Origin: Prorocentrum cordatum
Taxonomy: Eukaryota
Direction: 5' to 3'
Assembly: GCA_963575745.1 (NCBI GenBank)
Contig: CAUYUJ010000002.1
Location: forward strand, 1,798,001 to 1,862,000
DNA length: 64,000 bases
The translations under genes were made by a program, and so were the position numbers. Of this stretch, positions 50,790 through 63,430 are shown piece by piece (the stretch's first letter is position 1; each line of letters opens with the position of its first letter). Under the pieces are notes generated by a model, which worked only from the letters and a program-made list of their open reading frames with translations, ran no database searches and was not told where the DNA came from.

Positions 50790-51876
50790 GTCTCACTCGA
50801 TCGGTCTCACTATCGATCTCACTATCGATATCACTATCGGTCTCGCTCGATCGATCTCACTCGATCGATCTCTCAATCAATTCACTCGATCTTTTTCATT
50901 TGATCGATCTCACAATCGATCTCACTATCGATCTCACTATCGATCTCACAATCGATCTTACATTCGGTCTAACTATCGATCTCACCATCGATATCACAAT
51001 CGATATCACAATCAACGTCACCATCATCATCATCATCATCATCATCACCACCATCATCATCATCATCATCGTCATCAACACCATCGTCATCAACGTCATC
51101 AACATCATCACCATCACTGGGGCACCATCACCATCATCACCTCATCATCCTCAGCATCAATATCATCATTATCACCATCATCATCATCGGGACACCATCA
51201 TCGGCACCATCGTCATCATCAGCATCAGGACACCATCATCATCATCAGCGTCATCATCATCGGAACACCACCATCATCATCATCATTCTCATATCATCAT
51301 CGTGATCATGATCAACATCATCAACATCAGCATCATCATCGGGACACCATCATCATCATCATCAGCATCATCATCATCATCATCATCATTAACAACCGCA
51401 TCCTCATCAACATCATCACCATCATCGGAACACCATCAGCATCGTCACCACCATCACCATCACCATCACCATCAGCATCATCGGGGCCCCATCATCATCA
51501 GCGACATCAGCATCATCATCACCATCATTGGGCCACTATCATCATCATCATCACCTCATCCTTATTCTCATCATCAACTGCATCATCATCATCATCGGGA
51601 CACCATCATCATCATTATCATCTCCATCGGGACACCAGCATCATCATCACCATCATCATCAGCAGCATCACCAGCAACCTCATCATCATCAACAGGACAC
51701 CATCACCATTATCATCATCATTGAATCATACGATCATCATCAGCATCATCAGGATCATCAACATCATCATCATCGGGGCACCATCATCATCAGCAACATC
51801 ATCATCATCAACATCATTACCGGGGCAACATCATCTCCACCACCATCATCATCATCATCATCATCAACATCGTCAA

Positions 51877-51907
<31 letters not shown>

Positions 51908-51987
51908 GGGACACCATCATCATCACCATCATCAACATCATCATCGCCAACATCATCAACATCATCATCAACATCATCATCATCATG

Positions 51988-52031
<44 letters not shown>

Positions 52032-52120
52032 GATCGGGACACCGACGGGACACCAGCGGGACACCGGCGGGACACCGCGCGCCACCGGCCCCCGAGCGGG
52101 ACACCGGCGGGACACCGGGG
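50790..52120. repeat. Compound simple repeat: (CTCACTATCGAT)n, then degenerate (CAT)n punctuated by CGGGACAC
   Basis: Seen directly in the sequence. Confidence 0.9.
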
Positions 52121-53047
52121 GGACCGGCTGCCGGAAAAGAGATGTTTGATCCGGCCGCGCCTCAGTTACAGGAGACTTATTTCTCGCCCGCCCACGCAGC
52201 TTCGCCTCGCCCGCACGCACGGCACGCACGAACACAAAACCGAAACCGATTTCCCGGTGGGGGGCTCTCCGTTCCATTTCGATCTCACCCCCTCACCTCC
52301 GATAGCCCTACAGCCCTATAGCCCTACAGCCCTAAAAAGATTATGATTGGGTTTTTCTCTGGTATCATATTCATATTGAATCATTGTAGAGGAACAATAA
52401 TTCGCAGGGGGAAGGTGACAAGGGATAGAAAAGCGGGGGGAAGGAGGAGGAGGAGGAAGAGGAGGAAAAGGGGGAGGAGAATAAGGAGAGGAGGTGGGGA
52501 AGGAGATCGCTGTCTGAAGGCGGCGCAGAATGTCTGCCTTCCGCGCAGGATTGGCGGATCTGAAATTTGTACTTCCCATTCAGGGCTGGCCAAGAGCAAC
52601 CCCCGCGGTCTCGAATTGTCCGCCCCTGCGGATTCGATTCGTCAGCCCGCGAAGTCTTTCCAAGTTTTTGCTTGCCCGGCTCTGGATCGACCCCCCGCCT
52701 CCCCGCCCTCAATTGTCAGCCCGCGCCCCCCCTGACCTCCAGACGACCCGGGATTGTCCGCCATCCGTCTGCCTGTCCCGCCCCTCCGCCATTGCGGTGG
52801 CGCGAAGGCCCGCGAAACTATGTTTTAAATCGTCCGCCACAGAAAGTTGTTTTAAGCTTTCGCTCCCATTACTCGTTCGACACCGTTTCGACACTGAGGC
52901 TCTAAGCGGGTTGCGTAGCGTTTGTTTCCCAACCCTCCTGCGTTGGGTTCTCGTTTTGAATAGAGCACTGCTCGCGCGTCTCCTTCCCACCCCCTCCCGT
53001 CCCTCTCTTCCCCCCTGCCTTTCGCCTCGCTCGTCGCTGCGTGCCAG

Positions 53048-54680
53048 CTGGGGGGCTGCGATCTGTGAAACTGTCGCCACTTTCGAGGCCTGCTGGGGGG
53101 CCCAGCACAGTGGCACCCGCGGCGGACTCAAATGGGACCTCGCCATCCCTGGGGGGCTGCGATCTGTGAAACTGTCGCCACTTTCGAGGCCTGCTGGGGG
53201 GCCCAGCACAGTGTGCACCCGCGGCGGATTCAAATGGGACCTCGCCATCCCTGGGGGGCTGCGATCTGTGAAACTGTCGCCACTTTCGAGGCCTGCTGGG
53301 GGGCCCAGCACAGTCTGCACCCACGGCGGATTCAAATGGGACCTCGCCATCCCTGGGGGGCTGCGATCTGCGAAACTGTCGCCACTTTCGAGGCCTGCTG
53401 GCGGGGCCCAGCACAGTCTGCACCCGCGGCGGACTCAAATGGGACCTCGCCATCCCTGGGGGGCTGCGATCTGCGAAACTGTCGCCACTTTCGAGGCCTG
53501 CCCAGCACAGTCTGCACCCGCGGCGGACTCAAATGGGACCTCGCCATCCCTGGGGGGCTGCGATCTGCGAAACTGTCGCCACTTTCGAGGGCTGCTGGGG
53601 GGCCCAGCACAGTCTGCACCCGCGGCGGACTCAAATGGGACCTCGCCATCCCTGGGGGGCTGCGATCTGCGAAACTGTCGCCACTTTCGAGGGCTGCTGG
53701 GGGGCCCAGCACAGTCTGCACCCGCGGCGGACTCAAATGGGACCTCGCCGTCCCTGGGGGGCTGCGATCTGCGAAACTGTCGCCACTTTCGAGGGCTGCT
53801 GGGGGGCCCAGCACAGTCTGCACCCGCGGCGGATTCAAATGAGACCTCGCCGTCCCTGGGGGGCTGCGATGTGCGAAATTGCCCCCACTTTCGAGGGCTG
53901 CTTGGCCCAGCACAGTGGGCACCCACGGCGGACTCAAACGGGACCTCGCCATCCCAGCACAGTCTGCACCCGCGGCGGACTCAAATGGGACCTCGCCGTC
54001 CCTGGGGGGCTGCGATCTGCGAAAGTGTCGCCACTTTCGAGGGCTGCTGGGGGGCCCAGCACAGTCTGCACCCACGGCGGATTCAAATGGGACCTCGCCA
54101 TCCCTGGGGGGCTGCGATCTATGAAATTGTCGCCACTTTCGAGGGCTGCTGGGGGGCCCAGCACAGTGGGTACACACGGCGGACTCAAATTTGACCTCGC
54201 CATCCCTGGGGGGCTGCGATCTGTGAAACTGTCGCCACTTTCGAGGCCTGCTGGGGGGCCCAGCACAGTGGGTACCCACGGCGGACTCAAATTTGACCTC
54301 GCCATCCCTGGGGGGCTGCGATCTGTGAAACTGTCGCCACTTTCGAGGCTTGCTGGGGGGCCCAGCACAGTGGGTACCCACGGCGGACCCAAATGGGACC
54401 TCGCCATCCCTGGGGGGCTGCGATCTGTGAAACTGTCGCCACTTTCGAGGCCTGCTGGGGGGCCCAGCACAGTCTGCACCCGCGGCGGACTCAAATTAGA
54501 CCTCGCCATCCCTGGGGGGTTGCGATCTGTGAAACTGTCGCCACTTTCGCGGCCTGCTGGGGGGCCCAGCACAGTGACGCCACACGCAGATTCAAATTAG
54601 ACCTCGCCATCCCTGGGGGGGTGCGATCTGTGAAACTGTCGCCACTTTCGGTGCCTGCTGGCGGGGCCCAGCACAGTGAC
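53048..54680. repeat. 102-bp minisatellite, about 16-17 copies
   Basis: Unit ctggggggctgcgatctgtgaaactgtcgccactttcgaggcctgctggggggcccagcacagtctgcacccgcggcggactcaaatgggacctcgccatcc. Period 102 (e.g. 53151 to 53253), with a few shortened units. Confidence 0.95.
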
Positions 54681-54983
54681 GCCTCCCAAGTAGCTTACAC
54701 ATCAAGTTGATTGTCCATACAAGTTTCGGCCAACTCCTCGTTTCCATTGATACAAATGGGTTGGGTACGTCACAGGATTTCGTGGTGTTACGCCGTGTTT
54801 TTCACGCACTGATTTTTTGTTTTGCGCAGCCCGCCCACACCGCGGCCGCCAGACCCCAGCGCGCGTGACACAGCCTGGAAAAGGCCTCGGGTTGGCTCCT
54901 CGGGTTGGCTCCGTGGTCTGTCCGCGGGGCGTCGGTCCGACCTGCTGTTTGTATGATTACAACAATGCGTTTTTGATCGATCC

Positions 54984-57160
54984 CCTGCCGATTGGAACGC
55001 TATGGATCATCAGCTTACTCATCCTGCATGTTTGTCGTGTTCGTTCTTCTTCATTTTCCTGTTCCTGTTTCTTCTCCCAAGGTCTTTCTGTAACGCCTTT
55101 ACAAAAGGATTTTTTGCGGCGATTTTACAACACGATTGCACGTGTGGGAGATCTGCAATGGCTTCCAGTATGAGAATCCTTATGTAGCAACCTGTACACA
55201 AGGATTCCTTTTGTGGCGGCCTTACAATTGGGTTGAATTTGCGGGGGATGTGCAATGGCGGCGCCGTGGACCAAGTTAGCGAGGACAACAGGACCTCAGA
55301 AATAATGGCAGTCACAAGTTGTCCGAATTGTTTCCTGTATACCGCTGCGAAAACACACGTTGTTTTACTGTGCTTCCTGTTGTTCTTGTTATCATCTCTA
55401 GCTTTCCTGGGCCCACGGTGCCGCCACTGCAGATTCTCCAACATGAAAACCTTATTGTAAGGCCGACACAACAGGAATCCTTTCGTAGAGGCTGCTACAA
55501 AAGGATTCCGTGTGTGGGGGCCAGTGCAGATCTATCACAAAGAAACACCTTTGCTTGAAAGGTTGCCACACAAAAGGGATCCAAAAAGGAACACAGGAAA
55601 ACAAACATTCAAAAACACCAGAACAATGAAAACATGCAAAAACACACAGAAACAAGGCTGCCAAACTAGAACACAGCACAAAACAAGAAACACATAAAAC
55701 AAATTTGTGTTTTCACATGGGAACAAGAAAAAGCTAGGAACACCTGTGAGTGTCGCTATTGCTAAGGCCTTACGGCCAGTGCCGCCGACCCTGGAGGCCT
55801 CGGCCTTCGACGGAAATGCGAGTGAAAGGGCGGGCCATGGGTCCCGGGAGGGCGGTATTCTGACCCGGGACCCCCCCCGGGACCACATTCCGGGACCACC
55901 CCTTTGGCTTCCCCTCCGCGTCGCGGCCGCTCCCCTCCTCCGAAGGGAGCCGCCTGGGTGCCCCCCCCCCCCCCCCCCCCGGGTATCTGGGTGGGACCCC
56001 CCCCACCCCTCTCCCCCCCCTTCGGGGGGAAGGGGTAAAAGGAGGGAAGGGAAGGGGCCCCCCTTCGAGTAAGCTACGACGTTGCTCAGATTGGCTTCCC
56101 CCCCGTGTCCAGGGAGAAGTCGATCAGCTTCCCCCCCCCAGTTCGCGGCCGCTCCCTTTGCCCGGGGAGAGTCGACCACTCCCCCTCTTGGAGCCGACGC
56201 GGCGGTGTCGTGGTCAGCTCCCCTCCCCCGAGGGGAGCCGACCACCCCTCTTGGAGCCGACGTGACGGTCTCGTGGGCGACGACGACCCACGCAAGATGA
56301 CGAGACCAGGATACGTCTTCCACACGACGACAGGGTCGGCGGATTTTTAGAGCGCGGACGACCTAGCATTTTGTAGCGGCCTTTACAACTAGCGTCCCTT
56401 TTGTGGCGACCTTACCAAAAGGATTTTAAGTGTGGAGGATCTGCAATGGCCCTGTGTTTTACCCATGTGTTTTCACAGGGTAAACAAGAACAAATGGGAA
56501 AACTTGTAATTATACCATTCGTTCTAAGATCCTGTTTTCCTCTCTAGCTTTCCTGGGCCCACGGTGCCGCCACGGCAGATCCCCCGCAATTCTAACCTTA
56601 TCATAAGGCCGCCACAAAAGGAATCCCTTTTGTACATGCTGCTACAACAGGTTTCTAAGTGTGGAGACCATTGCAGGTCCCCCACAATACTTTTGTAAGG
56701 TCGCCACAAAAAGGATCCTTGTGTAAAGGCCGCTACAACATGATTTAAGTGTTAGGTCATCTGCACTTTGAAAATAGCGACTGTCACAGGTTGTCCTAAG
56801 TGTTCTTGTTTTCCCGTGTGGAAGCACCGGCTTTTTATGTTTTTCTTGTTTTTCATTTCTTTTTCTGTTTCTCCTGGGCCAACGGTGCCGCCATTGCAGA
56901 TCCCCCACAATGAAAACCTTAGTATAAGGCTGCCACAAAAGGAACTCTTTTTGTACAGGCTGCTACACAATGATTCTAAATGTGGAGGCCATTGTAGATC
57001 CTCCACAAGTAAAGCCCTTGTGTAAGGTCGCCACACAGGGAATCTTTGTGTACAGGCATTACAAAGAACGGGAAGATGAATAAGAACAGGAATATGAAGA
57101 AGAACGACGACGAACATGCAGGATAGTAAACTGATGATCCAAAGCGTTTCAATCGCCAGG
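54984..57160. mobile_element. Foldback-like element with long (>300 bp) inverted arms built from internal subrepeats
   Basis: 54984-~55330 (cctgccgattggaacgctatggatcatcagcttactcatcctgcatg...) is the reverse complement of ~56780-57160. The tgtggcg.ccttaca and gatctgcaatggc subunits recur. Confidence 0.75.
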
Positions 57161-59611
57161 AAGCATACAAACACTTGGTTATATTCGCACGAACGGCGGG
57201 TCTTACCAGGGGGGGGCGGGGGGGGACGGACAACATCCGGGGCCCCACAGTCGGGGCCCCACAGAGGGGGTCAGCGTATGTGTGGGGCCTGACTCTCTCT
57301 ACGCCGACGGCGCCGATGCGGCGCGATCCTCCGACTCCATTTGCTCGGACCCCAGTTGGGAGCCTTCTGCACAATTTTTCCAGATGCCTGTCGGAGTGAC
57401 AGACCGAGGGCACCCCTCAGATCTTGGCGATGCAATTGTCTCACAACGGGCGTTTTCGTGTTGTTTTCGGGCCCCAGGACCCTCACACACATATCGATCC
57501 GGCTTTAAAAATGACGCAGAGAGATGGGGTCCAGGGATTTGGTTATGATGTTTCACGATGTTTCATTTTTGTTCGAGACGCCGGATCTCAGGGTAGGACG
57601 AAGATACATTCGTTCCAGGCGTTCCGGAACACTCTGAGAAGGCCGCGGCGCCAAAGACATCACCCAGAACCGCCAGATGTCAGAGATTGTGGTCGTGTTT
57701 TTTCAAGATGTTGCAATGTTCGGGGACCGTAGGCCCTGCGCCCCACCCCCAGCCCGCAACCGCCGCTTGTGGGAGCCATCCAAAGCGGCACCACCCGCCG
57801 CCAGGGGCCTTTCCGCCACACTCCGCCCGTAGCTTTCCGAGGCCCCCTCCCTCCTCCTCTGCCTCCTCCCCCCCCTTCCTCCGCCACCTCCTCATTCTTC
57901 TCCTTTTCCTCCTCCTCCTCCTCCTCCTCCTCCTCCTCCTCCTCGTTCTCCTCCTCCTCCTCCTCCTCCTCCTCCTCCTCCTTCTCGAGGCTCTAGGCCT
58001 CCTAGATAGGGTCCGAGCACATGGGGCCCCAGACATGATCGCATTGTTTTTATCAATCAGGACGGCAGGGTTTGGCCAGTTTCGGCCTCGGGGGGCCCTC
58101 GCCGGGCCTCGGGGCCGTCAAAAAGGGACTCGGGAGGAACAGCCGGTCCCGGGGAAAGGGTCGGGGCCTCCAGGGATTCCGCATTGAAAAAATCAGGGCG
58201 TCGCATGGCTGGGGTCAGTGAATCGCGCCGCATCGCCGATGCATCGGCGATGCGGCTCGATGTGGGGCCCGATCTTCTCCACGCCCACGTTGCCGGTGCC
58301 GATGCATCGCCGACGTCGCTGGTGCATCGCCGATGCATCGCCGATGCATCGGCGATGCATTGGCGATGCGGCGCGAGCCTTCGACCCCGGCTACTCGGAC
58401 CCCATCTGGGAGGCCTCCACAGGCGCTTCGGACGGGCCCGCGGCGAGGCAGGGCCGCCGCGAAGCGCCGCCCTGCGCGGCCGGCCAGGGCGCGCCGCCGG
58501 GCTCGCCGCTGGCCGGGTCCTCCGGAGCCAGGTGGCGCGAGGCGGTCGCGCGGTGGGGCGAAGCCGTGGCCGCGCGGGCGTTGTCGGAGCGGCGCACGGG
58601 GGCGGAGGACGCCCAGGCGCTGTCGTCGTCGGTCGTCGCCGGTCGTCGGTCGTCGTCGTCGTCGTCGTCGGCGTCGTCGTCGGCGTCGGCGTCGTCGTCG
58701 TCGTCGTCGTTGTTGTCTTCGCAGTGGTGAAGCGCATTGTGGTCGCTCGCAGGCCGGGAGGCGCTGTCCGGGGGGGAGGCTTCTCAGGGGCAGCGCTCGA
58801 AGGCTTGGGACGAGAGGCTCTGAGGTGCGCGAGACGAAAGGCTTCGAGGTTCGGAGGTTTGCGGACGTTCTCGTCGGCTTTCTGCCTTCCAGCGGCTGTG
58901 CCCAGCCGAGAGCTTTCCCGGGGTGCCCGAATCGTCCCGACTGGCCGCGGGAGAACCGAGTTTTGACCCTAAAGCCAGGGAGCAACGTTAGGGGTGAGAT
59001 GAGCTCAGGGGGGGGGCGCATCGACCTCCAATCGTCACTGTTCGCTGATAGGGCACCGGCAGCCCACCCCGCCCAGGAACATGCGGATTCGCTATCGGGG
59101 ACCTACGGCTGGTCTATCGGCGATGTATTGCCGATTCCAGGTCGCTATTTCCTCCCTTTGACATTCGCCCCCAGACTCGGTTAAGGCACGGCTCTGCGCC
59201 GCACGGGCGCGGCGGCAGCCCAAGCGCGCGCGCTCAAGGCTGAACGCCGCCAGTGGCCCAATGTAGGCCAGGATTGAAGGCTCTGCGCTGTGGGAGAGGC
59301 GCGGTTGCCCAAGGATTCACGCGGTGTCAAAAGCCAACGCCCGAGTCAGCGCGACATGAACCAGTGTGAGTCCAGGCCACCCAGATGAGGCTGGAGTGAG
59401 GTCGAAGGGTCGCCCCGCATCACCGATGCATCGGATGCGGCGCGATCTGGGGCACGATCTGTTCCTAGCATTCTTCGTCTCGTTCCTGGGCCCCGCCGCA
59501 GTTCGCCACAGACTGCCCCTCAAGAGGCCTGGCACTTACGCTGGGCGTCCTCGCACGCATCTCCGTCTCCACCGCACCCTCGCTCGACCCCCCCCCCCCG
59601 CGGGTGCCGAG

Positions 59612-59680
59612 GTGCAGGCCCTGGGGGAGGAGCTGCAGGCCCTGTGGCGCAAGATCTTGGCCCTGGAGAGGAGCGAGAAG
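59612..59680 (+). CDS. Exon of an unknown coiled-coil protein
   Basis: AG|GTG encodes VQALGEELQALWRKILALERSEK with strongly GC3-biased codons. Ends AAG|GA. Alternative acceptor at 59617. Confidence 0.6.
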
Positions 59681-59804
59681 GATCGAGCAGGGGATCGTCT
59701 ACAATGTTCGTAGAGCCACGAACATCATCCGAGCTGTTGGCAGATTCGAAGAGGAAGTCAAGTTTGGGGCAAGTGAATTCTGTGGACGATGCACTGCTCG
59801 AAAG
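59681..59804 (+). mobile_element. Introner-like 124-bp GA-AG intron with terminal inverted repeats
   Basis: TIR tcgagcaggggatcgtctaca (59683-59703) versus the reverse complement of 59781-59801 matches 18/21. AAGGA direct repeat at both junctions. Removal restores a continuous phase-0 coiled-coil frame. Confidence 0.75.
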
Positions 59805-60221
59805 GAGGCCGACCGCTCGCGGCGCGAGGCGGAGGCCGAGCTGGAGGCCGAGCGCCAGGGCAGCTGGGAGCTCCTGCAGGCCCACGAGGCGACCATGGAG
59901 GCGCTGCGGCAGCACACGGCGGGCGCAGAGCGCGCGCTGGCCGAGGTCGGGGAGGCCGCGCAGAGGAGCGTGCGGAGGAGCCTGGCCAGCGAGGAGAGGG
60001 AGGAGAGGGAGAGGGGCCTCGAGGCGCAGCGGGAGAGGGACCTCGAGGCGCGGCTGGCGGACGAGCGCTCGCGGGCCGCCTCGGCGGAGCGCCGGTGCGC
60101 GGAGCTGCAGGCCCAGCTCGAGGAGGCCGCCGCGCACGTCTGCGGGCTCAGCGGTGCGCGCGCCAGGCTCTGGGCGCGGCTGGACGCGGTCCGCTACCGC
60201 ACGAGGGAGACGGATCGGAAG
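59805..60221 (+). CDS. Exon of an unknown coiled-coil protein (139 aa)
   Basis: EADRSRREAEAELEAERQ...RTRETDRK, E/A/R-rich heptads. Ends AAG|GC immediately before (CCT)n. Confidence 0.65.
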
Positions 60222-60346
60222 GCTCCTCCTCCTCCTCCTCCTCCTCCTCCTCCTCCTCCTCCTCCTCCTCCTCCTCCTCCTCCTCCTCCTCCTCCTCCTC
60301 CTCCTCCTCCTCCTCCTCCTCCTCCTCCTCCTCCTCCTCCTCCTCC

Positions 60347-63300
60347 TCTTTGGCGACTGGAATTTCCCGAGCCTCGGCGAGAGTAGAGCCCACAGCGACG
60401 GGAGAAACGTCATCCCGACCAACGCGTTTGCCAGCGAGTTTAGCAGGTTGTTCCCCGAGCTTTTAGAGGTCCACCAGCCCGAGTTTACCCACGCCTCCCA
60501 GCTTACCCAGGCCGGCGTCAGTCTTGGGCTAATCGACCGCACCTATACCAATCACTTCCCTGCACAGGCCCTGGACTTGTTCCCTAACAGCCTCGTTCTT
60601 GGGACCCCGAACAAGCCGAAGAACCCGTCCGACCACGTCCCTGTGTGTGTTACGTTTTCCCCGTGCTCAATCCTGGGCCTCCGAAAGTTCCCCTTCGTGG
60701 GTTTCCCGACATCCATGGTTCGCCGAAGAAGTTGAAAAGCTACTTCATGAAGTTGGCCCACTCTCCCAGGATCTCGGGGCTGCCCTTCAGGAGGCTAAAG
60801 AGGTCCTTCACGGCGCTGCTACACTTGTTCGCCGACGGCTCGAATTGCGCCCTGCAGGGATTACCGACGAGCGCGTCACCTGGTCACTGTCTAATGCGAG
60901 CCGTCCGCACAGGCAACGCCAGCTTGGTGCGTAAGGCTGTAAGTTGCTACCCGCTCCTCAGCTCGTTCGTGCAGGCCGAGGGTGTCGGCTGGACTCGAGA
61001 GCGACAGTTTCATGAGCACCTGCGAGAACTCTCGCTCCAGAGGGTCCAAGAGCGCCAAGACGACATCGAGAGAGCCCCGATGGCCCCCCCAAGAGAAGGT
61101 CACCCTCAAGGCCCGTCTTGAGTCCTACACCTCCGCTTGGGGCAAGTTCCAGAAGAAGGTTTCCCTCACTGGGCTCGTGGATCCGACGGGGCAGCAGCCG
61201 CACGATCCCGACGACGTTGGGCGCGAACTTGCTAGGCATTGGGGGGCCATCCACCAGGAGTTCCAAGGGAACGCCAACACCAGGGAGCTTCTGAGGCCTC
61301 ATGTTCAACCCTGTCCTCCTGGGATCATTTGGGACCCCGAGTTCCCCGGGTTCACAGACCTCCTCAAAGGTATGTGCGACAGCGCTCTTGGGCCCGACGG
61401 GCTCCCTTATTTGTGCTGGGCTCGCGGCGGCCCTGAAATTCAAGCTCTCTTGTTCCAGGTGTACTCCACAGTTCTCCAAGGGCAGCTTCCAGGGGACGAC
61501 TTTAACCGCGGCATGGCAGTCTTCCTTCTCAAGGGCGAGCAACCGAATGACACAATAGGCGCAGGTATCTTTCGGACTCCTGAATGTACGAGGCCCATCA
61601 CCCTCAGCAACACGTGCAATAAGGCAGTATCCGCTGCTTTCAATATCCCCCTGGGCTCAGTATGCCAGCAGACCTGCCTCGATGTACAGAAAGGATTCAT
61701 GAAAGGTCGCAGTATGACTAACAGTATTCTCGACATCGAGGCCAGGGCGATGTCTTGGTTCTGCCAGCATGCGTGTAAGGAAGCAGGTTTTGCCGCCTTT
61801 GACGTGAAGACGGTCTTCCCAGCCTCCTCCACTGCATGATCTCTTGGGTCCTCGTCATGAATGTGCCTACTCATATTCGGTTAGCTGTAGCTTCGCTGTA
61901 CCACAACGTCAAGATTGACGTTTTCTTTGCGGGACTCCGAGGGCACCACTATCTTCAGAAACGGGGAATTAAGCAGGGGTGTCCGCTTTCGGGATCCTTT
62001 TTCAGCCTGGCGCTCGACCCCATCCTTCGCATGATGTGCCTCAAAATTCCGCGGCCGCTTGGGACTATCCGAGCATTCGCCGATGACGTTGGCCTCGTTG
62101 CTCGGGATGTGTATCGTGCTCTGGGTCTCTCTCTCTCTCTCTCTCGAAGTTTGGGTTATCGCTGCCGGTGCTGCCGGCCTCGTCCTGCACGTGAAAAAGG
62201 CCGTCGCGGTGCCATATTCTAGGCTTTCCAGGAGCGAGTTCGAGCAAAAACTGCGGACGCTCGGGATCAGGGGATCCAACTTCTCTCTCGCCCCGGCCGC
62301 CAAGTACTTCGGAGTTTTTTTGGATGGGACGCACGGGCACTGAGTTGGGAGGGGCCGACCAGGAAAATGGAGGGGAGGGCGAGGATCACCAAGAGCCTTG
62401 ATCTCGGCCTCACCAAGAGTATTGCCAGATATAACATGTACGGTTTAGCTGTCTCACGTTCACTGGCCAGTTTCATTACCCATCCGAGCTTGCTGTCTCA
62501 AGGCGTCGAGAAGCTGGCCAGTGCATGACGAATGCCCGTAGGAACGCCCTCCCAACCACTCTCTTGTGTCAGCTCAAAGAGATCGGCGGAGCGTGTCAGA
62601 TCTGCGACCTCGTCTGCATGTGCAAGGCCGCTATGTTTCGGATGTTTTTTTTCCCCCCCAGCCTTCTTCGAGCTCAGGCGGCAAATCTTCGAATTTAACG
62701 GGGGCGACGAATGCGCCATCCTATGGAAGAGGCACCCGATCGCCAAGTCATCGTCCATCATAAGCCTGGTTAAGAACTACGACGAGATGTTGGCCCTCCC
62801 ACGTGCTCCGTCTCATGACCCACCGCTCCAGCGGAAAGTGCACCAACATTAACCAGCCCCGAAAACCCCGAGCTATAGGACCACCTTGGGCAAGCGCATC
62901 AGGTATTTCACTCGTCTCCCCTCGGCGGCTGCCCAGGTTGATGCTTGTGTTTTGTACCTTCGGCGGTTGGGTCAGAATGCCCCTTCCTGGATGTTTATGG
63001 TCGCCCTGAGGGCCTTGTGCAATAGCTGGTGCACGACGCGAAGGTTCCGAGAGCCCACCCGTAGGTGTAAATGGTGCCAATTCGCAGTCGGGGGTGATGA
63101 CATTCTACATGATTATTCATGTCCTATTTCCGATATGTTGTTCCTTGCTCTGCCCCTGCTTCCCCCGTCCTTTCTCACTGCCTCTGCCTCGTCCCGCCTC
63201 CTCAACTTCCCTCTTGGGCCCCTGCCCGTCCCTGCTTTGCTCTCTGTTGGCCTCGTCCATGACATGCTTATTGTCTGCATTGTGCTTCTCGGGAGCGGGA

Positions 63301-63430
63301 GCGGTCGACAACGCAGCTCCGCCAGCTCATCCGAGCTCGCCTGCGATGGGCCAGCCGAAGAGGAGGCCCGACGCTGGCAGCGCTCACGCGCCCAGGCCAG
63401 GTCTAGCCCTCTGACGAACGCCCCTGAGGT
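60347..63430 (+). mobile_element. 5'-truncated decayed non-LTR retrotransposon, family B-like copy 2 (EN C-terminal half plus RT)
   Basis: EN motifs GDWNF, FTH, LIDRTY, SDHVPV. RT motifs GPDGLPY, RPITLSNTCNK, QKGFMKGR, FDVKTVFP, GIKQGCPLSG, AFADDV, KYFG. C-terminal LCNSWCTTRRF..CKWC..H..CP. Confidence 0.92.

Noticed and set aside
50756..52346. His/Ile/Ser-rich long ORFs
   Set aside because: They are translations of (CAT)n simple repeats.
53048..54680. CRISPR-like array
   Set aside because: The whole 102-bp unit is repeated with no unique spacers, there are no cas genes, and the context is eukaryotic.
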